Below, in pieces: positions 10,650 through 24,199 of a DNA stretch of 64,000 nt. A model generated the notes under the pieces. That model ran no database searches. It was given only the letters and a program-made list of their open reading frames with translations, and was not told the DNA's origin. Numbering within the stretch: the first letter of the stretch is position 1; every line of letters begins with the position of its first letter. The stretch comes from Octopus sinensis (taxonomy: Eukaryota), in contig NC_043013.1 of NCBI RefSeq assembly GCF_006345805.1, positions 45,384,001 to 45,448,000 of the forward strand. Direction: 5' to 3'. The position numbers and the translations under genes were made by a program.

Positions 10650-11542
10650 ATGCATATATGTATGCAAGTATAAATGTATGTTTGTATGTATATGTGTACG
10701 CATGTATCTGCAGAAACACAGCCTTTCAGGCGGTTATACACGTATGCATATAAATATACGTATATTTAGGCGCAGGAGTGGCTGTGTGGTAAGTAGCTTG
10801 CTTACCAACCACATGGTCTCGGGTTCAGTCTACTGCGTGGCACCTTAGGCAAGTGTCTTCTACTATAGCCTCGGGCCGACCAATGCCTTGCGAGTGGATT
10901 TGGTAGACGGAAACTGAAAGAAGCTCGTCGTATATATGTATATATATATGAATGTGTGTGTTTGTGTGTCTGTGTTTGTCCCCGCAACATCGCTTGACAA
11001 CCGATGCTGGTGTGTTTACGTACCCGTAACCTAGCGGTTCGGCAAGAGAGACCGATAGAATAAGTACTAGGCGTACAAAGAATAAGTCCTGAGGTCGATT
11101 TGCTCGAGTAAAGGCGGTGCTCCAGCATGGCTGCAACAGTCAAATGACTGAAACAAATAAAAGAATAAAAGAATATATTTTCCAATTTTTCGCACATATA
11201 ACAACGGGCTTCTTCCAGTTTCGTCTACCAAATCCACTCACAAGGCTTTGATCGGCCCGAGGCTATAGTAGAAGACACTTGCCCAAGGTGCCACGCAGTG
11301 TGACTGAACTCGGGACCATGTGGTTGATAAGGAAGCAACTTACCACGCAGTCACTCCTGCGCCTATAAATATTTAATTATAAAAATATAATAGATTTTAA
11401 ACATCGAATAGTTTTGAGAGTCCATCCAAGTGAAATAGGAATCAGTGAGGTCCACGTGTAGAAAAAAGATTGAGGAACACTGGGCTACATCTAATGTAAA
11501 TAATTTTATATTCAGAAGAGCAAATTGATGAATGCAGAATAA

Positions 11543-11968
11543 GGATCTTTTCGGTTTGAACGGCAGTTTTTTCTAGCGGTGTCATATGAAATTGTCACCC
11601 ATAATTATGACCCTAGTATCGATCAATTGTATTTTTATCTGTTTTAGGGTTAGGATTAGTTAGGGTTAGTTAAGGTTAGGGAAGGGTATATTTTTTCTTC
11701 ACAAATGTAAATAAACCCAATCTGTTTCTTAAACGAGGGACATATTCATACGGCACAGAATTTTTTTACCTCAATAGACGTCATTGATTGGTTGAAATTG
11801 CAGAAATTGAAGAAAAAACAACAAATATCTTACAAACTATAGAATTTTCTCAAGAAAGCCAAGAGAAAAAGATGTTTTATAAAACACATTCTACCAGTAT
11901 ACGAAGTTTAACATTTTTTAGTTACCCAGAAATTATGTTAAAAACTGCCGTTCAAACCGAAAAAATCC
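11543..11968. mobile_element. GGATC-TIR MITE
   Basis: ~29-bp TIRs. Perfect 8-bp TSD CAGAATAA. Internal TTAGGG-like repeats. Confidence 0.95.
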
Positions 11969-12469
11969 CAGAATAATTTAATAGTAACACCGGAGAGAGT
12001 TTAAAACTCCTTAACAAGGAAGTAAAGGAGTAAAAGCTTCCTTAGGTCATGAATGACCATGGGATTACACCTAGAATGTTCCCTTTTGAGACACATGTCC
12101 TGGCACGGTTGTTTGTAGAAGACCAGCAGTCACCCATGCATACCAGCCTCCCCTGTCCACGCCGCCGATGTTATCGAAGGGAAAGGCAAACGCTTGGCAC
12201 CAGTGGCGACGCAACTCATTTCTACAACTGAATGGATTGAAGTTACGTGAAATAAAGTGGCTTGCTCAAGAAGCCAACACGCTTCTAATAGCCACTGAGC
12301 CATGCGCCTTAACAAGGAAATGTGAATGATTTTTTTTGTGGTGGGGGGAAATGTGTAGCGAGGGTAGGTACCAGGAACTCTGTCGGTTTTGTTGTTGAGT
12401 TATTTGGTTGCTTCATTTCGTTGTTTCTTTCTTAAAAAACATTTTTGTTGATGTCAACATAAGAATGTT

Positions 12470-12470
12470 T

Positions 12471-12515
<45 letters not shown>

Positions 12516-13715
12516 TATGTGGTCTGTAGGTACGAGGTGGTGGTGCGTATTGGTGTGAGGTGGTGGTGGTGTGTGGAGGTGTAAGGTGATGGTGTGATGA
12601 TGGCGGTAATGATGGCGGTGTCTGTTGTGGTAGTGGTGATGGTGATGATGGTGGTGGTGGTGACGTTGTGAGTTCAAATTCCGCCGAGGTCGACTTTGCC
12701 TTTTCATCCTTTCGGGGTCGATAAATTAAGTACCAGTTACGCACTGGGGTCGATGTAATCGACTTAATCCCTTTGTCTGTCCTTGTTTGTCCCTTCTATG
12801 TTTAGCCCCTTGTGGCCAATAAAGAAACGGGTATATGCGCTTGCTGGAGACGTGTACTGGAGGTGGGTGCCGGAGGTGTGTGGTGTTGCTGTTACTGTTG
12901 ATGGTCGTGGTGTGTGACGGGGGTGGGGGGGTGGGGGGGGGGTGATGGTGTGTGGTGGTGTTTGTGGAGAGGAGTGGCGTTGGTGTATGGTGATGGTGTG
13001 ATGAAGGCGGTAGTGGTAGTGGTGAGTTGAGATGGTGGTGGTGGCGGTGTAAGTGTGTGAGGTGGTGCATGTTGCTGTTGTTGTTGTTGTTGTTGTTGTG
13101 TTGTTGGTGGTGGTGGTATGTGTAGTGGTGGTGATGGTGTGTAGTTGCTCCACTGATTCTTCTCGTCAAGCGTCGTCCTTCCATGACAACAAAGGGTGAA
13201 AACTTCCAAGCTTCAACCAACAGACAACTATTAGAAGAAGCGTGAAATCAAAACCAATAGCCGGAAAATAAGAAAACCACACACACACACACACATACAC
13301 ACACACACACACACAAACGCATACACACACACACACAAACGAATATAAACACACACTCACATACAAACACATATACGCACACCCAAGCTCCATCACTCGC
13401 TCATAAATACACACACTCAGTTGCTCACACACACGTACATATACACACACACACACACTCTGTCACCCGCACACACATACACACAGAGAAACAGTCACTC
13501 ACACACACACAAACACACTCACTCACACACACTAACACACACACACATACACAGTCACTCGCACACACACACAGAAACAGTAACACACACACACACACAC
13601 ACTCGCACATACATACACACACACACTAACACACACACACACACTAACACAAACACACACACACACACACTCGCACATACATACACACACACACTAACAC
13701 ACACACACACTAACA

Positions 13716-13777
<62 letters not shown>

Positions 13778-13800
13778 GTCACACACGCACACACACACAC
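12470..13800. repeat. Compound (GT)n, (GGT/GTT)n and (CA)n microsatellite field containing one SINE A
   Basis: Direct reading of the sequence. Accounts for the His/Thr/Cys-Val ORFs here. Confidence 0.9.
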
Positions 13801-14266
13801 AACCGCAAGGACATATGTTTGGCCGAAATTCTACATATTTACAATAAGCTCATTTCGACGGCTCGTTTTATATAAATATCTTCAAAGATTTTCCAATCGA
13901 TTTGCATCGGGTTGTTTTGTAATTTCAAGCAAATGTTGTTTATAACAATAGAACGGCCATGAAATGTGTTTACAACTAAATTAATATATCGGTTATTTGT
14001 AATGTTTCACTATTACTTTTGGCTTTCATTTTAAACGTAATGTTTTTCGGTAGAGTACCAATACATACCAAAAGACAGTGTACACTAAATTATGCAAGGT
14101 AAAAAATACGGAGCAGCATTTCTTACCAAAAAAATCATATTTCTATAAATAGCGCAGCAAATATGAAAGAAAAAAAATTCCAAACGAAATGGCTAACTGC
14201 TTCAGACAATTTTTTTTTATCATAACATTAAAATAAAATTGAGCTGCTAGAAATAGTAGCCAAATC

Positions 14267-14681
14267 GGATCTTTTCGGTTTGAACGGCAGTTTTTTCTAG
14301 CGGTGTCATATGAAATTGTCACCCATAATTATGACCCTAGTATCGATCTATTGCATTTCAATCTGTTTTAGGGTTAGGGTTAGGGGTGGGAGGAAGGGTA
14401 TCTTTTTTTCTTCAGAAATGTAAATAAACCCAATCTGTTTCTTAAACGAGGGACATATTCATACGGCACAGAATATTTTCACCTCAATAGACCTCATTGA
14501 TTGGTTGAAATTGCAGAAATTGAAGAAAAAACAACAAATATCTTACGAACCACAGAGTTTTCCCACTAAAGCCAAGAGATAAAGATGTTTTATAAACACA
14601 TTCTACCAGTATACGAAGTTTAAAATTTTTTAGTTACGTGGAAATTATTTTAAAAAACTGCCGGTCAAACCGAAAAGATCC
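14267..14681. mobile_element. GGATC-TIR MITE
   Basis: TIRs plus perfect 8-bp TSD GCCAAATC. Confidence 0.95.
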
Positions 14682-15843
14682 GCCAAATCTCACTAACACA
14701 TTGGGAAATATATCCTTTTATCTTTTCTTTTATTTGTTTCAGTCATTCGAACTGCGGCCATGCTGGGGCATCGCAGTGAAAGGTTTAGTCGAACAAATTA
14801 ATCCCAGTACTTATTTATTAAAGTCTGGTACTTATTGTATTTTCTCTTTTGCCGAACCGCTAAGTTACGGGGACATAAACAAGCCTATATCGGTTGTTAA
14901 ACGGCATGTATGTATGTATGTATGTATGTATGTATGTATGTATGTATGTATGTATGTATGTATGTACACTCACACACAGAGTTTACGTCTCGCTTTTACT
15001 TTGTTTCAGTCATTTGACTGTGGCCATGCTGGAGCATTGCTTTCAGTCGAGCAAATCGACCCCCAGGACTTATTCTTTGTATGCCTCGTACTTATTCTAT
15101 CGGTCTCTTATGCCGAACCGCTAAGTAACGGGAACGTAAACACATCAGCATCGGCTGTCATGCGATGTTGGGGGGGGGGGACAAACACAGGCACACAAAC
15201 ATATACACACACACATACATACATATACATATATACGACGGGCTTCTTTCAGTTTCCGTCTACCAAATCCACTCACAAGGCTTTGGTCGGCCCGAGGCTA
15301 TAGTAGAAGACACTTGCCCAAGGTGCCACGCAGTAGGACTGAACCCAGGAATCATGTGGATAGTAAGCAAGCTACTTACCACACAGCCACTCCTACGTCT
15401 GCTAAATTCCCTCACAAGGCACTGGTTGGTCCGGGGTCATAGTAGAAGAAATTTACCGAAGGTGCCGTGCAGTGGAACTGAACCTGAAACCAATTGGTTG
15501 CGAAGCGAACTTCTTAACCACACTGAATACGCCTGCGCGCATATTTATGGTGAGAACATCTTTGATTATAGGCCTGTTTCGTTCAGTGCTCATCTGGAAC
15601 AAGTCAGCAACAACAGCTAAAATAAACAATCCTTAACGAAGGCACAAGACCAAGACATCGGCAGGATAGGGGCATAGTTGATTATATCGACCCCAGTACC
15701 TGACTGCTACTTTATTCTATCTATTCTGGAAAGATGTAAAGCAAAGATGACCTCATCAGGATTTGATCTCAGAATCTAAAATGACTGGAATAATTACTGC
15801 AAAGCATTTTGTTCGTCTCTATAACGATTCTGCCAATCCGGCA

Positions 15844-16147
15844 CAGTGACGTAGCTAATAGGGAGCAAGGGGGAGCGACCTCTCTCCCACGAGCACTTTT
15901 TGCAAACTCGGAGTCTTTTCAACAATGCTTTTTAACTCTTTAGTTGCCTATATCAGTAATTGTACACAATGTCATTGTTAATGAAACATGAAATTAATGA
16001 ATGTAGAATAACAATTACGTATATTATAATTAATGAGATATTTCGTGTAATATGAGAGAAATGAATTTAACATTAGTTACTAAGTGTCACAGTGCCTTTT
16101 TTTTATGTGGTCGCTCCTCCTAACTTTAGAACCTGGCTACGCCTCTG
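15844..16147. mobile_element. hAT-like MITE (CAGTGACGTAGC-type TIR)
   Basis: TIRs CAGTGACGTAGCTA / TGGCTACGCCTCTG and subterminal inverted GGAGCGACC / GGTCGCTCC. TSD not clear. Confidence 0.55.
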
Positions 16148-16276
16148 ACCCGCTGCCCTTGCAACAATTAAGTTAAATAAACAGCAGCAACCTTCAGCTT
16201 GCCAAAATGTTTCTTGTTCACCGCTGGCCTTTATGTGACGCAAAATGTCACTTCTGTTGGCCTCTCGATTTCCTTC

Positions 16277-16745
16277 GGATCTTTTCGGTTTGAACGGCAG
16301 TTTTTAACATAATTTCTAGGTAACTAAAAAAATTTTAAACTTCGTATACTGGTAGAATGTGTTTATAAAACATCTTTTTCTCTTGGCTTTATTGAGAAAA
16401 TTCTATACTTTGTAAGATATTTGTTGTTTTTTCTTCTTCAATTTCTGCAATTTCAACCAATCAGTGACGTCTATTGAGGTAAAAAACATTCTGTGCCGTA
16501 TGAATATTCCTTCGTTTAAGAAACAGATTGGGTTTATTTTCATTACTGAAAAAAAAATATACCCTTCCCCCCACCCCTAATCTTAACCCTAACCTTAACT
16601 AACCCTAAGTGACCCTAACTAACCCTAACTAACCATAACCCTAAAAGAGATTGAAATGCAATAGATCGATACTAAGGTCATAATTATGGGTGACAATTTC
16701 ATATGACACCGCTAGAAAAAACTGCCGTTCAAACCGAAAAGATCC
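16277..16745. mobile_element. GGATC-TIR MITE (opposite orientation)
   Basis: TIRs present. TSD TTTCCTTC / TTTCTTTT (6/8). Expanded CCCTAA-like block. Confidence 0.93.
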
Positions 16746-17698
16746 TTTCTTTTTTCACGAGTCTTGTTCCTCTCCTCTGTCTGGACCACAGTAGGTGCTG
16801 ACCATGTCAAACTGCTCGACTTCATGCCTCAGTACAGCTTTGATTGAGCAGAACTATAATCAACCGTTTTCCAGCTGTCTTTTTCTTCAAGGTATCTATA
16901 ATTATATAAGCCAATATGTTTTTATACTTCATTTTCTAAAGACGTTAACGCAGGAGTGAGAACCTTTTATATTTGAAGTAGCATTGAATTAAATGTAATC
17001 TAATATGGCGGCATTAAAAAATATTTTTATTAGATATACGGGTAAATATAATTACTTATATTGTGAAAATGTAATTATAGATATTAAAGTTTAAAAAAAA
17101 CATGTTGAGTGACCTTTTAATGACCTTTTTTGAAAAAAAAAATTTAATATTTGAATAAATCTAATACTATATAAACAACAGAAATGTGTGTTTTTTAATG
17201 TAAAACCCAGACTTCTTCTATACAGCCAAACTTAAGGGCTTTAAAGGCCCCAGGTTTCCTACCATGCTGTAGCACGTAATATGAAGAAGATCTAGTTGCT
17301 ATTTCTAGCCGGGTGAGCACTGCATAGAGGCTTCTTCGTTGTTGTTTAGCAACAAGTCGACCCTGATTTAGTTGGCCTGATTAAAAAGACATCCCAACCA
17401 TGACTGACAAGTCTTTTCCCTACTAGATATATCGAGAATCACATCATCCAGTTAGTCTTTTGTTTGTTCTTATAAAAGAGAGTAGAGGTGATTTCAGGTA
17501 GAGTTGGCTGCTATTTCTAGCAGAGGCCTGTATGAGAAATCAAAGAGGGAAGTGACAATTGAGATCGTCTGCTGTTTTAATACAGCAGACGATCTCACAG
17601 TACTAACTGTTGTAGTAGTTTACTTATAATAAATTTATTAATTTTCGAATTAATAACCATGTTTAGGCAACTAGTAAGGTCGATTTAATCGATTAGAT

Positions 17699-17916
17699 CA
17701 ATGTTTCTCACAAGTAGTCAGGTGTCTGTGAAGTTGAAAAGTAGGCAGCAATCAAACTGCCATGTTTGATAAAATAAACACCGTAGCGAACGAAGAAACA
17801 TATGAACGCTAACTATATTGTCGCCTCATTATTAATGAGGAGGGGTAGGCCAAAACAATTTCAGTTGTGAGAGTGTGGAGTCGGGGTCCAGGTATTTGTT
17901 CAATTGAGAAACACTG
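17699..17916. mobile_element. hAT-Charlie-like MITE
   Basis: Ends CAATGTTTCTCA / TTGAGAAACACTG. TSD degenerate. Confidence 0.5.
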
Positions 17917-18206
17917 TACGAGACCGACCCCCTTTGTATCTATATCAAAAATACCAAAATAAGTGCAGCAAATAAAATGATTAAATCGTATTTATACAAT
18001 TGTTTTTCTTTGTCTTCATTTTATTCGAGGTGTGTTTAGCATCACAATTTGCACACTCCGAATATGAGTATTTGTTTTCGCTTAGTCCCAAGTTTCACAT
18101 TAATCGGGCTGATCTATGATTAAGGGCGTTACAATCATAAACATACCATCCGTTTCTTTTTTTTTCCCTTTCTTTTTGTAGACGAAAGATATATACTACA
18201 TTAACC

Positions 18207-18330
18207 TAACTATTTGTCTAACATACTATATCCAGAGCTACAATCGTTAACTGTTTGTCTAACATATATCCAGAGCAAAAATCATTAACTGTTTGTCTAA
18301 CATACTATATCCAGAGCTATAATCATTAAC
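18207..18330. repeat. Minisatellite, 3 x ~40 bp
   Basis: Unit TAACT(A/G)TTTGTCTAACATA(CTA)TATCCAGAGC..AATC.T, with unit lengths 41, 38 and 41 bp. Confidence 0.95.
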
Positions 18331-18911
18331 GTAGCCTAGCATTAAAGAAAAGAAAAGGATAGGTGTGATTTGAGGGAAATTTGGTCACCATTTCTGAGAA
18401 GTCGAGCGACCATGTGGAAGCTCTCTCGCTGGATCATCCTTTCTTTTATCTAAACTAAATATTGGAAGACTTAGTTTCATCTTCACCTAATTTCCCATTA
18501 GCCAACAATAACCGTATACATCAGCACATAAAAGCGACAGATTATATAGAACGCCTTCCGCAAGAACTTCCATTTGAAATGCTAGTTTTTCATATCCATT
18601 ATCTCAACTTGCCAAATAAGACAACTCGGTTTTATTTTAACAAAAGTTTCAAGCGTTAATTTTAGTTTCGACGTATGGGAATTTTTCACAAAAAAAAAAT
18701 GGATGCGGAAATATAATTTCGAAGTGTTCATGGTGTCATAGAGAGGATCTGATCAAAGACTTAACAATTAAAAAGAGTTGGTTAAAACTTTTCGAATATA
18801 AATAAAATTGAAGTATAGAAAATAAACAAGGTGGTGAACTAGCAGAATCGTTAGCACGCCGGGCGAAATACTTAGCAGTATTTCTTCTGCCGTTACGTTG
18901 TGAGTTTAAAT

Positions 18912-19344
18912 GGATCTTTTCGGTTTGAACGGCAGTTTTTTCTAGCGGTGTCATATGAAATTGTCACCCATAATTATGACCCTAGTATCGATCTATTGCA
19001 TTTCAATCTCTATTTTAGGGTTAGAGTTAGTTAGGGTTAGGGGTGGGGGGGGGGAGAGTATCTTTTTTCTTCAGAAATGTAAATAAACCCAATCTGTTTC
19101 TTAAACAAGGGACATATTCATACGGCACAGAATGTTTTTTTACCTCAATAGACGTCATTGATTGGTTGAAATTGCAGAAATTGAAGAAGAAAAAACAACA
19201 AATATCTTACAAACTATAGAATTTTCTCAATAAAGCCGAGAGAAAAAGATGTTTTATAAACACATTCTACCAGTATACGAAGTTTAAAAGTGTTTAGTTA
19301 CGTGGAAATTATTTTAAAAACTGCCGTTCAAACCGAAAAAATCC
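18912..19344. mobile_element. GGATC-TIR MITE inserted into a SINE A
   Basis: Perfect TSD GTTTAAAT. SINE A sequence resumes exactly after the TSD, so the MITE is younger than the SINE. Confidence 0.95.
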
Positions 19345-19696
19345 GTTTAAATTCCGCCGAGGTCAACTTTGTCTTTCAAACTTTCGAGGTCGATAAATTA
19401 AGTACCAGTTATGTACTGGAGTCGATGTAATCTACTTAATCCCTTTTTCTGTCTTTGTTTGTCCCCTCTGTGTTTAGCTCCTTGTGGGCAATAAAGAAAT
19501 AAGTATAGAAAATAAATATTACTTTCCATCTTTGTTTCATTTTGAAAAACAAAAATTTATTTAATGGTTTATTATTTATTTTGAATTATACATTATACGG
19601 GGGCAGCAAAATCTTTAAAGTGCTTAGGGCATCTATGGATCTTAATTCAGCCCTAGTTTTGAGAGATAAGACCAAAATAATTGAAAGAGACGGAAG

Positions 19697-19847
19697 ATAG
19701 ATTTAGCACAAGTCTTTGTTCATTCCGACGATCGTTTCGACTCATCCTGAAACTGTCTGTTATGCACAAAATCCTACCCATAACAGACAGTGGCAGGATA
19801 GGTCGAAACAATTGTTCTACTGAATAAGGACTAGTGCTAAGTCTATA
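19697..19847. repeat. ~150-bp foldback (imperfect 68-bp arms)
   Basis: 19697-19764 is the reverse complement of 19780-19847 with scattered mismatches. Confidence 0.85.
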
Positions 19848-20060
19848 TTTCTGTTTCCTTCCTCAATTACATACATACATACATACGTACATACATACAT
19901 ACATACATACATACATACTCTTTTACTTCTTTCAGTCATTTGACTGCGGCCATGCTGGAGCACCGCCTTTAGTCGAGCAAATCAACCCAAGGACCTATTC
20001 TTTGTAATCCTAGACGTAAGCACACCAGCATCGGTTGTCAAGCGATGTTGGGATGGGGGA

Positions 20061-20131
<71 letters not shown>

Positions 20132-20339
20132 ACACACACATACATACGCATATATATATATATATATATATACATATATACGACGGTCTTCTTTCAGTTT
20201 CTCTCTACCAAATCCACTCACAAGGCTTTGGTCAGCCCGAGGCTATGTAGAAGACACTTGCCCAAGGTGCCACGCAGTGGGACTGAACCCAGAACCATGT
20301 GGTTGGTAAGCAAGCTACTTACACACATCCACTCCTTCG

Positions 20340-20380
<41 letters not shown>

Positions 20381-20744
20381 TAAAACATAGTATATGAATG
20401 AAGATTTATGTTTATTTGTTCGTCTACTTCTGTGTCAATACTCGCACACTTACTGCAATATGCATTAATAAAGTGTGAGTGTATACTTGTGTGTGCGTGT
20501 GTATGTATACGTGCTGGATGTATAAATGTATATATGTATGTATGTATGTTTGAGCTTATATGTAAAACCAATACGCAGCGTTTTGGATAAACAGAACAGT
20601 AAGGTAAACCGACGGCGTGTGTTTTTAGTAAACAGACATTTTAAGTTTCGTTGTGCAAAGTAGATGTTGTGCTTAACACCCATGTCTCTCTCTGTCTCTG
20701 TCTCTGTCTATTTGTCTGTCTGTCTGTCTCCGTTTGTCTGACAG

Positions 20745-20806
<62 letters not shown>

Positions 20807-23800
20807 TTCTGTGGTCAGAAAACTGGGGCATTTTGGATAAATAGATATGTGTAAACTTATGACTAAAAATGTGTCTTGCAAAATCACGCGTTTCCTTATA
20901 GCTCTTCCCACTCTCAACCTCTGTGTGTGTGTGTGTGCGTGTGTGTCTCTGTGTGTGTATAGATGTATCTATATCTATATCTCTATATATATATTTATAT
21001 ACATACCATGCATACACACACAATACATACATACATACATACACACACACACATACTCACACGCATACATATGTACATACGTACGCAAGCACGTTTGTAT
21101 TGGTTTGTATGTATATGCTATATGTATATATATGCACAAACAGATACACAAGCATATATATATTATATATATATAATATATATATATATATTTAATATAT
21201 ATACACGAGACACACATATACATATATACACACATACAATATATTTATACACATACAAAATAATGTAGTTACATAATATATATGCAATATATATCATACA
21301 CCTCCTATATTTATTATATAAAAGAAAGAGAATGGAAAAGAGAGAGAGAGAGTAAGAGAGAGAGAATGGAAAAGCGAGACGATTCTGCAGTTATAATGCG
21401 ATAGCAAAGAAGACATCTAAAGGTAAACATTTTTGCCCAAATGTAGTTTCCATTAAATCAATATTAGAAAAAAACAAAACTTCAAACGAGGCTGAGTTAA
21501 CTCGGATTCAAAACATTATTCTGTTACAAATAAAATACAGTGTTTCCTTGCGTAAATTAATTTTAAAAATCCGACGCTTTATATATATAACAGAAATGAT
21601 ATTTTGTGAGATAGAAAACATTGAAGTTTAAATAAAAAGATTATCGATTCTACCCGTTTGTTTTTGATATATCATTGTTGATCTGATTTTATTTTTTTTA
21701 TCGTTTCAAAATGTTAATACATCAAGAAAATAGAATTAAAATTTCACATAACATGTTGGGATTGCAGTTACAATTTAACAAAATATATGTAAACTATGAT
21801 GTAATTAGAATTAAAACTGAATAGAAACAAATGTTAATTAAAAGAGATTAACGCCCTTCGATTGGTTAATTTTGTGACATTATCTTGTCTTGTTTCAATA
21901 AAATGCTTGCAGAGTGTTACAAACTGGCTTGCCTGTGGACTTGATTCTATTATACCGAATAACCATTTTAAAGTAAGAAACTTGATTGCTTCGATTTTTC
22001 AATCGATTGGATGCTGGCAATCTATGATTCGATTTAAGACTAAACGTTGATATTTAATGATTTCTACACCTGAAACCCACCAGGAAGTTAATCGGGTTTG
22101 GTGCAGTAATTCGTTATTATGAGAAGAAACGGTTGGTGTGGTGTGGTGTGGGGTGTGGGTGTGGGGCGTTGGGTGGTGAGGAAACACCTTTTGAAAAATG
22201 GCTGGTGGGATAAATAGGAGTCGATACTTTGGTGTCTCTGAAGTATTTGTCAACACGTGAGAGTGTTATTGGTATCAGCGAGTGGCGGTGGGAGAAATGA
22301 GTAATGTGATGCTTTTTGTGTCCTGATCAAAAGAGAAGAGAAAAGTTGTGCATCTATGACCTTTGTGGTGCCTCGAAGACTCGCAGGAGAAACGAGAAAG
22401 ACCGAAAAACAAAAAAAAATAAAGAAAAGAAAAAAAACACGACTCTTAGCTTGCTGCAGTAGGAAAAAGTACTTCAAGATATCAAGTTACCATCTGATTA
22501 AACCCCAGGTCTAAATGCTTGCTTGCTTCAGAGTGGACTCTGCTAAAGGTATCTCCAAAGGCCACGTGGTTAAATCGGGTTTAGTTCACCGGAAATTCTC
22601 AAGCTACGCCATGATGCAGGCTATAAAATATGTGTCATATATATTTACTTTCACTTCCGAAGCCATGCTAGAGTAATTTCTATTTATCTTTTGTGTCAAT
22701 GTTTATCTGGCATTAGTTGAACCACCCACAAACTAGCGAATCCTCAACACCATAAGCAAAAGCCAACTCGGCTATGCTTGCGTCGACTCAAAAAGAACCT
22801 ATATTGTCGGGTGGCGAGGAGACCGGTTTTACGACTGGGTGTAACCATCCAACCGTGAAATAAAAGTGACATTAGTTTATTTTTTTCTGCTTCAGAGACT
22901 GAGGTATGCATATTAATATAGGCCTACTACTATACGATATAATGACAGAAACAAGATTTGAGCTTTTTTATAGCTAACATAAAACATTCATTCATTACAA
23001 AGAAGTGACAATCAATTCACGTATTCCCGTCAGAAATCAAAACAAATACCAAACAGCTTCTATTTACCATTTGCAATAGGCCAAGGGTTACAACCCTTGG
23101 CCTATTATATTAGGTGTGAGAAAAATGTGTTGATGTGATGTTCACATTTCGAGGTGATTTGTTTTTGCCAAAATAAGGCAAAAATGTTCCCACCAGAAAT
23201 CAAAAGTAAGTTGTCGAATCAGTTTACATTATCACAATTTATATTTATTGCGGAATGAGTGATGAAAAGGATTTCTTACATAAGCAAAATTCAGAATGTT
23301 ATTCCGTGAGAAGAAATGGGATTAACACTGGTGGCATTTAAAAAAAAATTTATTTTTTCATGAAGTGTGTAATTTCGATTAACTGGAAGCTCGTTTCGGC
23401 ACCCGACATTAGATATATAAATGAACCAGCACTTAATTAATTACTTTCCATGCTACTGAGACTCTGTTGGTTGATAGTAGATCGTCATATGCCTGGTGTT
23501 ACGTCTCTAATATTGTCTAATATAGTATATGGAAGGGCGAGAGATCACACAGACGGTCCATCTCTTTATTTGGGTGACAGACACATCATGCCACCTGGTT
23601 TAAAACTACATCCTGGTCCATAAATACCTTTGGCGGACTTCATTCTGTTATAAGCGTTCGGTCTCAGTCGCAAAAGGGTTATCCTTATTGTAACCCCTAC
23701 AGTGTACCGACGTCTTCTGTATTTTTCACTAAATTCTCCTATCTATTCAATAATATAGGCGCAGGAGTGGCTGTGTGGTAAGTAGCTTGCTAACCAACCA

Positions 23801-24199
23801 CATGGTTCCGGGTTCAGTCCCACTGCGTGGCATCTTGGGCAAGTGTCTTCTGCTATAGCCCCGGGCGACCAAAGCCTTGTGAGTGGATTTGGTAGACGGA
23901 ACTGAAAGAAGCCTGTCGTATATATGTATATATATATATATATATATAATATATATATATATTATATATGTATGTTTGTGTGTCGGTGTTTGTCCCCCTA
24001 GCATTGCTTGACAACCGATGCTGGTGTGTTTACGTCCCCGTCACTTAGCGGTTCGGCAAAAGAGACCGATAGAATAAGTACTGGGCTTACAAAGAATAAG
24101 TCCCGGGGTCGATTTGCTCGACTAAAGGCGGTGCTCCAGCATGGCCGCAGTCAAATGACTGAAACAAGTAAAAGAGTAAAGAGTAAATACCCTTGGACT

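Noticed and set aside
18207-18330. CRISPR-like periodic repeat
   Set aside because: Units are contiguous with no unique spacers. Eukaryotic context and no cas-like ORFs.
19720-19820. GAAAC-gatc-GTC and GAAAC-aatt-GTT hammerhead-like half motifs
   Set aside because: No CUGANGA-like core is positioned directly before a stem II on either strand.
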